This document shows, in pieces, positions 49,333 to 59,985 of a stretch of DNA of 64,000 nucleotides (the first letter of the stretch is position 1; every line of letters starts with the position of its first letter). This stretch comes from Nitrosopumilaceae archaeon (GTDB lineage Archaea > Thermoproteota > Nitrososphaeria > Nitrososphaerales > Nitrosopumilaceae). A program made the translations under genes and the position numbers. Under the pieces are notes generated by a model. The model worked only from the letters and a program-made list of their open reading frames with translations, did not search any database and was not told where the DNA came from. Location of the stretch: NCBI GenBank assembly GCA_965203465.1, contig CBDBCR010000001.1, forward strand, positions 800,001 to 864,000, in the 5' to 3' direction.

Positions 49333-49641
49333 GTGATCACAAAGTCGGTGGATGTAAACGGGACGAGGTTCACGGTCACGCTCACCGATCAGCTCATACA
49401 GCAGGTGCACCACCTCAAGAGCCTGTACGAGACCGCGTACGAGGATCCGGAGAGCTTTGAGCAGGTCAGCTCGGACATCTCGGCGGCCATACGCGAGATA
49501 TCGACCGCCGCGGATCCGCCGCCCTCCGACGGCGACTTGGACAGCCTCATGCAGGAGATAATACGGGTCGTAGACAACAAGTCCGCCGAGATCCAAAAGC
49601 AGCTGGACGCAAAGCCGGACAGGGGCCCGGGCCCACACTAG
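49333..49641 (+). CDS. Hypothetical protein, probably conserved
   Basis: TTTAAA box upstream; acidic helical ORF. Confidence 0.7.
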   Translation: MITKSVDVNGTRFTVTLTDQLIQQVHHLKSLYETAYEDPESFEQVSSDISAAIREISTAADPPPSDGDLDSLMQEIIRVVDNKSAEIQKQLDAKPDRGPGPH

Positions 49642-49669
49642 ATATATGGAAAGGCGCCTAGCCGCGCCG

Positions 49670-49786
49670 ATGGCTAGCAGTTGCGAGTGCGGCATATGCG
49701 GCCACCACAGCGAAAAAGAGTGCATGCGCGACATGTGCCGGTGCTGCATAAACTTCCACGAGCGGTCGGGGCCTAGGCGCCACTGA
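49670..49786 (+). CDS. Metallothionein-like Cys/His-rich peptide (38 aa, not in the ORF track)
   Basis: GATATAT about 25 bp upstream. MASSCECGICGHHSEKECMRDMCRCCINFHERSGPRRH. Confidence 0.65.
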   Translation: MASSCECGICGHHSEKECMRDMCRCCINFHERSGPRRH

Positions 49787-49861
49787 AGCAGCTGCAGCGC
49801 CGCGCCGCGTGCCGGGCGCACCCCACCAGGCGGTGGTCGGCGCAGCCGCACAGGACGCACT

Positions 49862-50242
49862 TCACGCGTCCATCTCCTCCAAAATGTACCTCAGCCTGCC
49901 CGCGAGGCCGCCGTCTTCGAGCGACTCTATCATCTTCAGCCGCATGTTGCGCACGCGCGCCGCGTCGTCGGCGTACAGGGCCGAGAGCGTCTCTATCTCG
50001 CGCGCGAACGAATAGTCGCGCAGGTACTTTTCGGCCGCCGAGGCAAGCTCCGCGTGCGTCCTGCCCGGCTCGCGCTCGGCCCTGACCCTCGAGGAGATGG
50101 CGCCGAACAGGGCGCTGATGCGCGCGGCCTCGCGGCCCAGCGACTCCAGCGAGCCGGGCCCGTCGGACATGGACCGAAGCGACTCGTGCGATCGGAGCAC
50201 CTGCCCGGCCACGTCCGAAAGGTACTGCGCGTAGGTGACCAC
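49862..50242 (-). CDS. Hypothetical protein, probably conserved
   Basis: GTG after TTTTATT. YL..YSF.REI..LY.DD..R..N.RLK.IESL. Confidence 0.65.
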   Translation of the reverse strand: MVTYAQYLSDVAGQVLRSHESLRSMSDGPGSLESLGREAARISALFGAISSRVRAEREPGRTHAELASAAEKYLRDYSFAREIETLSALYADDAARVRNMRLKMIESLEDGGLAGRLRYILEEMDA

Positions 50243-50302
50243 GCCGGGCGCCGGAGGGCCCCGAATAAAATGGTTAAATCCGGCGCCGGGCGGCCCGGCG
50301 CC

Positions 50303-51244
50303 GTGGACGTGCTCGAGGTGGAGGGGCTGCGGCGGCACTTCGCCGCGGGCCCCGCGCTGGGCAGGAAGGAGGCGGTGCGCGCGTGCGACGGCGTCTCGTT
50401 CCGGATAGGGCGCGGCGGGGTCCTGGTGCTCGCCGGCGAATCCGGCTCGGGCAAGTCGACGGTGGCCCGCCTGATACTGGGCCTGATACGGGCCGACTCG
50501 GGCCGCGTGGTATTCGAAGGATCCGACGCGCTCTCCGGCCGGGGGGCCATGGCGGCGCTGCGCCGGCGCTGCCAGATGGTGCAGCAGGACCCGTACGATT
50601 CGATAAACCCGCAGATGCGCGTCTTTGACATCGTGGCCGAGCCGCTCCGCCTGCACGGGCTGGACGGGTGCAGGCGCCGCGTGCTCGAGGCGCTCTCGGA
50701 GGTGCGCTTGGAGCCGGCCTCCGAGATAGCCTCCAAGCACCCGCACTCGCTCTCGGGAGGGCAGCGCCAGCGCGTCGTGCTCGCGCGCGCGCTCGCGCCC
50801 GAACCGGCCCTGATAATAGCCGACGAGCCCGTCTCGATGCTCGACGTGTCGGTGCGCGCCGAGATTCTGGGCCTGATGGACCGGCTGCGCCGCGGCCGCG
50901 ACATCGCGTTCCTGTACATCACGCACGATCTTGCGACCGCGCGGTTCTTCGGCGACCGGATAGCGCTCATGTACAAGGGCCGCATAGTGGAGGAGGGCCC
51001 GATAGACAGCGTGCTCTCGGCCCCGGAGCATCCGTACACCAGGGCGCTGGTCTCTGCCGTCCCGCTCCCCGATCCGGCGAGGAGGGCCGGGCGGCCGGCC
51101 ATCCCGATACTGGACGGCGGGCCCAGCCCCGGCGGCTGCGCGTTCCGCGGCAGGTGCCCCGAGGAGATCGGCATGTGCGCCGGCGAGCCCCGGCTAGAGG
51201 ACAGGCCCGGCGGCGGGCGCGTGGCCTGCTTTGCGGCGGGCTAG
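50303..51244 (+). CDS. Oligopeptide/dipeptide ABC transporter ATP-binding subunit
   Basis: GESGSGKS, LSGGQRQR, ADEP, HPYT and C-terminal cysteines. Confidence 0.92.
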   Translation: MDVLEVEGLRRHFAAGPALGRKEAVRACDGVSFRIGRGGVLVLAGESGSGKSTVARLILGLIRADSGRVVFEGSDALSGRGAMAALRRRCQMVQQDPYDSINPQMRVFDIVAEPLRLHGLDGCRRRVLEALSEVRLEPASEIASKHPHSLSGGQRQRVVLARALAPEPALIIADEPVSMLDVSVRAEILGLMDRLRRGRDIAFLYITHDLATARFFGDRIALMYKGRIVEEGPIDSVLSAPEHPYTRALVSAVPLPDPARRAGRPAIPILDGGPSPGGCAFRGRCPEEIGMCAGEPRLEDRPGGGRVACFAAG

Positions 51245-54200
51245 CTTATGCGCGGGGCGCGCCTGTCCTTGTAGGTGACTATCTGCGAGACGCCGTTGCG
51301 CCCGTACACGCCGTATATGAGGCGGGCCTTTTCCACCACGGAATCTTTGAGCGAGACCATGATGAACTGGCTCTCGGCGGCGCGCTCTTCGAGTATCTTG
51401 GAGAGGCTCTCGGAGTTGGGCGCGTCGAGGTGGGCGTCGACCTCGTCGAACAGGTAGAACGGCGAGGGCTGGAGGCGCTGCAGGGCCAGCACGAAGACCA
51501 CGGCGGCCAGGGTCTTTTCGCCGCCGCTTATCGAGGAGGACTCGCGCTTTGTCTTGTTCTTGAACTGGATCATGTACGATATGCCCGACGAGAATATGTC
51601 GTCCTCGCTCTGCAGCTCCAGCCACGCCGAGCCGCCGGTCATCTTTGAAAAGATCGCGCGGATCTCGCGGTCCACCTTGTCGAACGCCTCGAGGAACGTC
51701 TGGCGCTTTTCCTTCTCGACCGATTCTATGAAGCGCACTATGGAGTTGCGCTCGCCCTCCAGCGAGTTCTTGCGCTCGGACATGGACCGGTACCCCGAAG
51801 ACACCTCCGCGTAGGCCTCGGGCGCCCTTGCGTTTATCTGTGAAAGCGAGCGCAGTTCCGCCTGCAGGCCGGCCAGCAGGGGGCCCACCTCGAACGTATC
51901 GGAGCCGGGATCGAAGCCGCTCGACGCAAGCTTTTTGCGCAGCGCGTCCCGCTCGCCCGTCATGTCGCGCACGTCGCGCTCCAGCGCGTCGTGCCTCCTG
52001 TCCAGCGCCGAGGTGCGCCGCCCGAGGGCGCGCTCCTGCTCGACGAGCTCGCGCAGCCGCTCGTCGTACATGCGCAGCTGCTCGACGGGCACCTCGGAGG
52101 CTATCAGCTCCTGCTCGCGCGCGCGCGCCTCCTGCAGGCGCGCGTCGCACCCGAAGCGCGCCCACGCCGACGAGCGCACGCGCGCGACCAGCTCCGCGCG
52201 CTCCGAGCGCAGCGACCCGCGCTCCGAGGCCAGCTGCTCGGCCCTCGACGACATCCTGGAGGCGGCCTCGCGCTCGGCTGCAAGCTCCGCCGAGTGCCCG
52301 CCCAGCGCCGACGAGGCCTCGCGCACGTCCCGCTCGGCCCGCGTCTTTGCGGCGTTGAGCCTCTCGAGGTCGTCTGCGACCGATTCGTGCCCGCCCGGGC
52401 CCGCCTCGGCGCGTATCCGCTCGGCCTCCTCCTCCAGCCGCGAGGCGTCCCCCATCTGGTCCGAGGCTGACTTGCGCATCTGCCCGGCCGCGAGCTCGCA
52501 CGCGCCCGCCCTCCTGCCGGCGGCCTCGAGCGCCTTTGCCACGCCGGCCGCGCGGTCGCGCAGATCCGAGAGGCTCTGCTCCGCCGAGACGAGCGACTTT
52601 TCTGACAGGAGGCGCCTGTCGCGCAGCGCGGCGACCGACGCGTCTATCTTTTGCACGGCGGCGCGGCGCCGGGCCGCGTGCCTCTTCAGCTGGGAGATGG
52701 AGCGCAGCAGGCCGTCGACCGACGAGCTCATCGTGATGAAGCGGGTCAGCTTTGATATCTTTGAGCTGATGTCTATCACCACGGCGCCCGCGCGCGCCTC
52801 GAACAGGTCCCCTTCCAGCGTGACCGCCCGCTGCCCCGAGGCCGCGGCCCGCTGCGCGGCCTCGCGCGAGGAGGCGAGCACCACGTCGCCGAACAGGAAG
52901 GTGGCAAGCTTTTCGTAGCCCTTTTGGGCGCGCACGTGGGCGGAGAGCGGGCCGAGTATGCCCCGCCCCTCGGCCTTGGGGGGGTCCAGGTCGGGCACCG
53001 CCTCCATGGGTATTATGCGCAGGCGCGGCAGGCCGCGCGAGCGGGCCGCCTCGGCCAGCCCGAGCATGGTGGACATGTCGCTGACCAGCAGGGCCTTGAA
53101 CCAGTCCGAGCCCGCGGCCAGCACGGCCCTTTCGTAGCGCGGCTCCCACGATATCTTCTGGTACGCCAGGCCCTCGACCCCCAGGCGGGCCGCGTCCTCC
53201 TGTATGCGCGCCACCGTGTAGTCTTCGTGCATTACGCCGCGCATCACGCGTATCTTGGCCTCGTACTGCGAGGCGGCCTTTGAGGATCTTTCGAGTATCT
53301 GCCCAAGGTCCTGAATCTCTGCCGACGCCTTTGCGCGCCGCGCCGCGAGCGCCGACTTTTGCGCGTCGATCCCGTCCAGAGCCGCCCTGTGGCTGCGTAT
53401 CCTGCGCTCGTATCCGGACAGCAGGCGCGCGAGCCGCTCCGATTCGGATGCGTAGCTGGAACGCTGCTTGGCCGCGTGGCCTGCGATCTTTTCCTTCTGC
53501 TCGGCCTCTGCCTCGAGCCGGGCGAGCGAGACGCGCAGCTGCGCCGCCCTGCCTGACATCTCCCTCGCGCGCGTTTCGTGCTCTGATGCCCTGCGCGCCT
53601 CTTTTGCCTGGCGCGCGAGCACGCCTGCGCGCTCCGCGTCTATCTCCTTGAGGCCCGACTCGTGGACCTGCAGCCGGGCGCGCGCCTCGTCCGCGAGGCG
53701 CCCGGCCTCGGCGGCCCTCGAGGCTGCCTCTTTCCGCCCGGCCTCGGCCCGCCCGATCTCGGCGTCCACCTTCGGGGCGCGCGCGCCGATCTCGGCCAGC
53801 CTCCTCTGCGCGGCCGCGATTGCCCCCGAGGCGCGCTCGTGGATCTGCACCTGCTCTGATATCTGCGACGAGACGCGCGTGCGCTCCCTGCCGTGCTCGC
53901 CGGCCTCGGCGACCACCGAGTTTTTGGCCTTCTCTATCCGGGCGGACTCTGCGCTCACGCGCCCCATCTCGGCCTTTAGTTCAGAGCTCCCCTCGTCGAC
54001 TTTTCTCAGCTCCGCCCTGCGCGACTCCAGCGACTCCAGAACCCCGCGCAGCCTGCGCGCCGCGGCCACGGCCTCCAGCCTGGAGACCTCGGACTCGACG
54101 GCCTCGCGCCGCAGCTTTTGGTTGCGCTCTTCTTCGAGCTCGTCTATCCTCTTTTTTATCTCGCCCATCCTGGCGAGCGCCACCGCGAGGCGCTGGTCCG

Positions 54201-54756
54201 CCTCGGCCAGCTGCTTTTCGGCCTCTTGCTTTTTGTCGTCAAAGTACGACAGGCCCACCAAGTCCTCGATCGTCTTGCGGCGCTCTTCGGACGTAAAGTC
54301 TGATATGCGGGTGACCGTGCCCTGCTGCACCGCGTTGAGCTGGCCCAAGCCGGCGTTGGCCATGTCGAGCGTGTCAAGTATGTGGGTCCGGGTGACCTGC
54401 TTGCGGTTCAGAAAGTACGTGTTTTCGCCCCCGTCGGACATCTCGCGGGTGATCTCCACCGAATCCGAATCGACGGGCAGGCGCCTGTCCGAATTGTCGA
54501 ACGTCACGCTGGCCCTGGCCATCTTGGGGCCGCGCCGCCTGGCCCCCTCCACGTCGTGGAGCAGCGAGTGGAGCTTGTCCACGCGCATGACCCGGGGCCG
54601 GTTCTCGCCCATGGCGAACATTATGGCGTCCAGCACGTTGCTCTTGCCCGATCCGTTGGGGCCCGATATGGACACGAGGCCCGGCTCGAACTGGACGGTG
54701 GTGTTGGAAAAGCCGAAGGACTTGAACCCGAATATCTCGACCTTTTTGATATGCAC
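51241..54756 (-). CDS. smc: Chromosome segregation protein SMC
   Basis: GFKSF, GPNGSGKSN, long coiled coils, hinge, ISGGEK and FDEVDAHLD. Confidence 0.95.
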   Translation of the reverse strand: MHIKKVEIFGFKSFGFSNTTVQFEPGLVSISGPNGSGKSNVLDAIMFAMGENRPRVMRVDKLHSLLHDVEGARRRGPKMARASVTFDNSDRRLPVDSDSVEITREMSDGGENTYFLNRKQVTRTHILDTLDMANAGLGQLNAVQQGTVTRISDFTSEERRKTIEDLVGLSYFDDKKQEAEKQLAEADQRLAVALARMGEIKKRIDELEEERNQKLRREAVESEVSRLEAVAAARRLRGVLESLESRRAELRKVDEGSSELKAEMGRVSAESARIEKAKNSVVAEAGEHGRERTRVSSQISEQVQIHERASGAIAAAQRRLAEIGARAPKVDAEIGRAEAGRKEAASRAAEAGRLADEARARLQVHESGLKEIDAERAGVLARQAKEARRASEHETRAREMSGRAAQLRVSLARLEAEAEQKEKIAGHAAKQRSSYASESERLARLLSGYERRIRSHRAALDGIDAQKSALAARRAKASAEIQDLGQILERSSKAASQYEAKIRVMRGVMHEDYTVARIQEDAARLGVEGLAYQKISWEPRYERAVLAAGSDWFKALLVSDMSTMLGLAEAARSRGLPRLRIIPMEAVPDLDPPKAEGRGILGPLSAHVRAQKGYEKLATFLFGDVVLASSREAAQRAAASGQRAVTLEGDLFEARAGAVVIDISSKISKLTRFITMSSSVDGLLRSISQLKRHAARRRAAVQKIDASVAALRDRRLLSEKSLVSAEQSLSDLRDRAAGVAKALEAAGRRAGACELAAGQMRKSASDQMGDASRLEEEAERIRAEAGPGGHESVADDLERLNAAKTRAERDVREASSALGGHSAELAAEREAASRMSSRAEQLASERGSLRSERAELVARVRSSAWARFGCDARLQEARAREQELIASEVPVEQLRMYDERLRELVEQERALGRRTSALDRRHDALERDVRDMTGERDALRKKLASSGFDPGSDTFEVGPLLAGLQAELRSLSQINARAPEAYAEVSSGYRSMSERKNSLEGERNSIVRFIESVEKEKRQTFLEAFDKVDREIRAIFSKMTGGSAWLELQSEDDIFSSGISYMIQFKNKTKRESSSISGGEKTLAAVVFVLALQRLQPSPFYLFDEVDAHLDAPNSESLSKILEERAAESQFIMVSLKDSVVEKARLIYGVYGRNGVSQIVTYKDRRAPRIS

Positions 54757-55087
54757 GGATTCGGGCGGCGCGTCCACCCTAATAACCTCTGTTGGCCCGC
54801 CTTTTCCCGGCGCGCGGCCGCGGCGATCGGGTCTTCGCGGCCCGGCCGCGCCCCCCGGGGCCCCGCCCGGGTGCGATCCGCGCCTGCGCGCGGCCGCTTT
54901 GGGCCGGGCCCGGCGCGCAGGCGGACCGCCTGGGCCGCCGCGGCGATCGGCTTTTTTCCGGCCCCACGGCCGGGTTCGGCCGGCGCAGGCCCGCAAGAAC
55001 CGGGCGATCGCGCGGTTCGCCGCGGCCCCACGACGCGGGGCGTCCGTTGGACGACTCGTTGTTTCGCAAGAACCGGGCGATCGAAGT

Positions 55088-56179
55088 TCACTGCGGGCCG
55101 ACGAACCGCTCGCACGCGGCCTTTGCCTTGGGATCGGGCATCTGCTCGATGGGGTGCTTCATCAGGTACGCGCTCGCCTCCCTGACCGGGCCGCCGAGGC
55201 CGCGATCTAGCGATATCTTGGCCAGCCTCACCGCGTCCACCACTATTCCGGCCGAGTTGGCCTTGTCGTCCACCTCCAGCCGGACCTCCATGTTGTACGG
55301 TATGTTGGCCCACTGCCTGCCCTCTATCCTCATGAACATGACCTTGGTGTTGCCCAGGAACGGTATAAAGTCCGACGGCCCGACGTATATCTGGTCGTCG
55401 TCCAGGCGCGCGTCAAGCTGGCTCTGGACGCTTTCGGTCTTTGAGATGCGCTTGCTTGCGAGCCTCTCCTGCTCTTTCATGTTGAGAAAGTCCGTGTTGC
55501 CGCCCACGTTGATCTGGTAGGTCTTTTCGACGCGCGTCCCGCGCTCGCTGCAGAGCCGGGCCAGCGTCCTGTGTACTATGGTGGCGCCCACCTGGCCCTT
55601 TATGTCGTCGCCTATGCACGGTATGTTCTTCTCCTGAAAGCGGCGCGCCCACTCCGGATCCGAGGCGATGAAGGACGGTATGCAGTTGACAAACGCCGCC
55701 CCCGTATCGAGGCACGCCTCGGCCCAGAACCGCGTGGCCCTGTCCGAGCCCACCGGCAGGTAAGAGACGACGACCTCGGCGCCCGTCTCCTTTAGCACGC
55801 GGCGCACGTCCGAGGCGAGCTGCTCGTCGGTCTTGCCGCTCTTTATCGGGTTGACTTTGTTTTCCACCCATATGCCCACGCCGTCCAGCGCCGGGCTCTC
55901 GTGGACCGTCGCGTCGGAGCGCGGCATCTGCTCGCGCGGGATCCAGTCGACCATGTTGGGGCTCTCGTAGATGGCCTCGTGCAGGGGCTTGCCCACCTTG
56001 TTGGCCCCCACGTCAAAGCCGCACACAAAGTCGATGTCGTGTATGCCGTAGCCGCCAAGATTCTCGTGTATTATGCCGGTGACCTTTTGCGAGGGGTTCT
56101 GCCTGTAGTATTCTATGCCCTGCAGCAGGCCCGCAAAGCAGTTGCCGATGCCCACCAAGGCCACGCGTATGCGTCCCAC
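55088..56179 (-). CDS. ino1: myo-inositol-1-phosphate synthase
   Basis: GIGNC, SYLPVGS, GDDIKGQVGAT, GGNTDF and MKHP. Confidence 0.93.
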   Translation of the reverse strand: MGRIRVALVGIGNCFAGLLQGIEYYRQNPSQKVTGIIHENLGGYGIHDIDFVCGFDVGANKVGKPLHEAIYESPNMVDWIPREQMPRSDATVHESPALDGVGIWVENKVNPIKSGKTDEQLASDVRRVLKETGAEVVVSYLPVGSDRATRFWAEACLDTGAAFVNCIPSFIASDPEWARRFQEKNIPCIGDDIKGQVGATIVHRTLARLCSERGTRVEKTYQINVGGNTDFLNMKEQERLASKRISKTESVQSQLDARLDDDQIYVGPSDFIPFLGNTKVMFMRIEGRQWANIPYNMEVRLEVDDKANSAGIVVDAVRLAKISLDRGLGGPVREASAYLMKHPIEQMPDPKAKAACERFVGPQ

Positions 56180-56203
56180 GCCGAGATCCCAGATTTTGCA
56201 ATT

Positions 56204-56772
56204 TTAAGTCTTGCGGGGGGCCCGTCCCCGTTCTTCCAGACGGCGGATGCGGACTGGCGTGCCGGGCAGCGGAGCCGAAGCGGCGTGCGGGCAGAAGTCG
56301 CCATGCGGGATCTCGCCGCTGCGCCTGAACATGTCCAGGACTTGGATTGATTCTATGCCGTATTCCAGAGGTGTGAAAGGGATCCTGTGCTGCCTGCCCC
56401 CGGCCTTTTCCTGCGTGGCTCTTGCTGCCTGCCCGGCAATTTCTTGCCCTACAATCTGGCAAGATCTATGACCCACAAGCCGTCTGTACGTTCTTCATCC
56501 TTTACCGTGCTGGGCCAGTCCCGTCCCACAGCGACCGAGACTTTCTTCGGATCGGCCGAGTCTTTTACGAGCGTTCCCGGGTGCTCGGATATCCACTGCG
56601 AGAGGGCGTCGTTCTTTTTCTCGATTTCTTTCCGGACTTCTCTGGGCGCGATCAGCCTGCCGGCATTGATATCGGATTCCAGCCTGCCCCGCACGCTGGG
56701 AAAGACATCTGTTGGAATCTGGCGATGCGGGTTTGTCAGCGACGACGAGTCTGCCACGTAGACGGACATCAT
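56204..56772 (-). pseudogene. DUF4411-like PIN-domain protein, frameshifted
   Basis: YVADSSSL...VFPS...EV..EI...W, then RIP...YGIESI in another frame. Confidence 0.65.
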
Positions 56773-57886
56773 ACCTTCAGCACGACCTTGTCGAACATGT
56801 GTGATTTTATCGATAGGCGGCCAAGCGCGTCTGCGTACGTTATGAATCCATCGTCCAAGCTGTCTCCTACCAGCGACAGGATTGGCTTTCCCATCTCGGA
56901 TATACATCTCTGGCCCCAAGGCTGGCAGCCTCTTGGCGGCTTGGCGCGCTCGCCCGCGCGCCTAGGCCTCGCAAGGACGCGCTCGCATTCGGCCCTCGAG
57001 ATGCGGCCCAATTCGGCCATTTTGAACAAAAGAACCGCCTTGCTGACCTTGCACGCCTTGGGCATGCGCTCGAGCGTCTCTGCACCTGTTGGGTTTTCCT
57101 GCGCATCGAACAGTTCCTCCGCGACGGGGTCTGGAAGCAGGACCGACGACGCGAAATCGTTGCACCGCCTCTCGCGCTCGTGCTGCGCCCGTCCCGCCTC
57201 CTGTAGGTCGATGGACGCGTCCCCCAAAAGCACGTGGCCGAACTCGTGCGCGAGGGTGAACAGCCTGCCTTCCATCGAGTCCGACGCGTTGACCACCGCG
57301 ACGGCTGGCAGCTGATCGGATGGCGCAAACCCGCGCGCATCGTCCACCGGCATGGCGAGCTTGAAGACTAGCATGCTCGATCTTTCTATCTCGGCCCTCG
57401 GGTGCCCAAAGAGCGCGTAGGCGTCTTTTGACTTTTGGATCAGTTCGTAGATCTCCATCGCGCCACCGTATTTCGAAGCTGCCGCCTTGGGGCCGTCGGA
57501 CAACGAGGCTTTTTTATTCTGGGGCGCACCGGCCTGCCCAAGTTCTCGGACATCTCCAAGCCGACAGACTGCAAATGCCTAGATCTCCGTATTGCGCGGA
57601 TTGTCTGCTTGTCGAACACGCCGGATTTGTTGGTTCATGCCAGCAGATCCGTGGACCGGGGATCTTGCTCGAGCGGCTCGTCCAGCATCAACGATATTGC
57701 CGGGTAACCGAACGCTTCTGCCATCTTTCGGAGCTGCGCCAGCGTCGGGCGCCTGCGGCCAGACTCGATGCCCGATATCGCCCCGGCCGGAACGCGTATC
57801 CTCTTTGCCACCCCGTCCGCCTTCCGCCCAGACATCCCCCGTATGCGCCTGACCACGGGCGGCTCTACGTCGACCATCGCGGACAT
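56769..57886 (-). pseudogene. XRE-HTH plus ImmA/IrrE metallopeptidase, fragmented
   Basis: HTH IESGRRRPTLAQLRKMA (57635-57886). RLFTLAHEFGH..ERRCNDFAS (56769-57503). Confidence 0.75.
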
Positions 57887-57934
57887 GGATGCACCGTGTG
57901 TACGGCCGGACGCAAAAACGTGCCGGTGGGCGTC

Positions 57935-58603
57935 CTACGCGCCCAGATGCGAGTCAAAGGCCCGCTCGAAGACCTCGTACGGCTGCGCCCCGAAGATGCC
58001 CGTCACCTGGCCGCCGGGGCCCACCACAAAGAACGCAGGCGTGCCGGTGATGCCGAGCGCGCGCGCATCGGAGTTGCTCGCCTCGATGGCGGCCACGTGC
58101 CTGCCCTCCGCCATGCACTGGGCAAAGGCATCCAAGTCCAGCCCCACGTCCGCTGCCATCGCGTCAAGGTTGGGCAGCGAGGCCCAGCCGGTGTTCTCGC
58201 CGGCCCACCTGCCGTACAGCTCGTCGTGGTATTCCCAAAACATGCCCTGCTCTCCGGCGCAGCGCGCCGCGTGCGCCGCGCCGACAGAGTCCTGGCCTAT
58301 TATGGTAAAGTCCTTGAACGACATCTTCACCTTGCCCGTCTGCACGTAGTCGCGCACCACCAGGGGCTCGGTGTCGTGGAAGAACACGTTGCAAAAGTGG
58401 CACTGGTAGTCACCAAACTCGACCAGCGTGACCGGCGCCCCGGGGTCGCCCAGGAACGCCGAGCCGCCGCCCAGCAGCGCGAGCCTGGCGTCGGGCGCGG
58501 GCACCTCCTCCAGCGCGCTCTCTTGGGGCGAGAGGGCGAACGACGCCAGTATGGCAACGGACGCCACCGCGGCGCCGAGCCCCAAGGACGGGCCGTGTAT
58601 CAC
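57935..58603 (-). CDS. DsbA-like thioredoxin-fold oxidoreductase
   Basis: EFGDYQCHFC, GTPAF and GAQPY. Confidence 0.9.
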   Translation of the reverse strand: MIHGPSLGLGAAVASVAILASFALSPQESALEEVPAPDARLALLGGGSAFLGDPGAPVTLVEFGDYQCHFCNVFFHDTEPLVVRDYVQTGKVKMSFKDFTIIGQDSVGAAHAARCAGEQGMFWEYHDELYGRWAGENTGWASLPNLDAMAADVGLDLDAFAQCMAEGRHVAAIEASNSDARALGITGTPAFFVVGPGGQVTGIFGAQPYEVFERAFDSHLGA

Positions 58604-58710
58604 GGGCTTGCCCCGAACGCGCCTGATTTAGGGGTTGCTGGCAGAGCCGGGTGCCCGGACCGGCGGGCGCCAGCTTCGGTTTATTTATGGGCCGCCGGCG
58701 CGCGCGCGCG

Positions 58711-59985
58711 TTGGCCGGCACCGCTGTCTTGGTCGTGGGAATTGCGGCGCTGGCCGCCTCCATGGCCCTGCTGTACGCGCTGTACCCGGCGGGGCAGGCG
58801 GCAGTCGAGACCGAGCCGCCGGGCGGGCTTTCGGGAACGGTGACGGTGGGCCAGCTGGTCTCGCTTTCGGGCGACGCCGCCCAGGACGGCCGCAACGTGG
58901 CAGCCGCCGTGGAGTTTGCGGTCTCGGAGTTCAACGCGCGGCCCGGCGCCGAGTGGACGCTCGAGTTGGTCACCGAGGACACGGCCACCGACCCGCGGAC
59001 GGCCGTGCAAAAGGCCGCAAAGCTGCGCGAGGCAGGAATACGTGTGGCGGTCGGCCCGATAACGAGCGCCAACCTCGGCGCCATCCTGGAGGATCCCGAC
59101 GCCGGCGGCATGGTGCTCGTCTCGTGCTGCTCTTCTGCGCCGTCGCTTGCCTCCGAGGACGGCGCGTTCCGCATGACGCCCGACGACTCGCGCGAGGCGC
59201 TGGCCCTGTCGGCTATGATAGCAGAGCAGGGAGTCCGGGCCGTGGTGCCGGTCTGGCGCGGCGACCTGTGGGGCGACGGCTTCACGGAGCCGGCGATGGC
59301 GGCCCTGGAGCGGGCGGGCGTGCGCGCGGAGCCCGGATTCAGGTACGATCCGGCGGACCACCGGTTCGGGCAGCTGGTGCCCGACCTGGCAGACGCGCTG
59401 GCCTCGGCGGGCCCCGGCGCCGCGGTGGCCGTGTTCGGGTTCGACGAGGTCGACGAGCTGGTCGACCTGGCCGCGAGGCACGGCGGGCTGGACGGATACG
59501 CATGGTTCGGCACCGGCGTCAACACCGGCGGGCCGATACTGGACGATCCGGTCAGGCGCGACTTTCTTTCGTCCGTGCGGTTCGGCACGGTGGGCGTAAA
59601 GGCCGAGACCAACCCGGCGCAGCAGCGGCTCGGCGAGCACCTTTCGTCCGAGGCGGGCCTGGACGTGGCGCACGCGTTCCTCAGCGGCGCGTACGACTCG
59701 GTCTGGCTGGTGGGCTTGGCCATGGAGGAGGCGCAAAGCTCGGATCCGGCAGCCGTACGGGAGGCGCTGCCGCGCGTGGCAGGCTCCTACGAGGGCGCCC
59801 TGGGCCGCATAGCGTTCAACGCGGCGGGCGACCTGGATTCGTCCGAATACGAGTACTGGATGGCCGGCCAGGAGGGGGCGCGCCCGGCCGGCTCGTACGA
59901 GCCCGAAGCGCCGGCCGGCCCCGGTCAGGTCTCGGTATCCGACTCTGTGACCGTCACGATAAACCGCAACCCCGAAGGGCCATGA
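58711..59985 (+). CDS. ABC transporter substrate-binding protein (branched-chain amino-acid type)
   Basis: N-terminal TM, VGPITS, FRMTPDD, AYD.V and G.I.FNAAGD. Confidence 0.85.
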   Translation: MAGTAVLVVGIAALAASMALLYALYPAGQAAVETEPPGGLSGTVTVGQLVSLSGDAAQDGRNVAAAVEFAVSEFNARPGAEWTLELVTEDTATDPRTAVQKAAKLREAGIRVAVGPITSANLGAILEDPDAGGMVLVSCCSSAPSLASEDGAFRMTPDDSREALALSAMIAEQGVRAVVPVWRGDLWGDGFTEPAMAALERAGVRAEPGFRYDPADHRFGQLVPDLADALASAGPGAAVAVFGFDEVDELVDLAARHGGLDGYAWFGTGVNTGGPILDDPVRRDFLSSVRFGTVGVKAETNPAQQRLGEHLSSEAGLDVAHAFLSGAYDSVWLVGLAMEEAQSSDPAAVREALPRVAGSYEGALGRIAFNAAGDLDSSEYEYWMAGQEGARPAGSYEPEAPAGPGQVSVSDSVTVTINRNPEGP

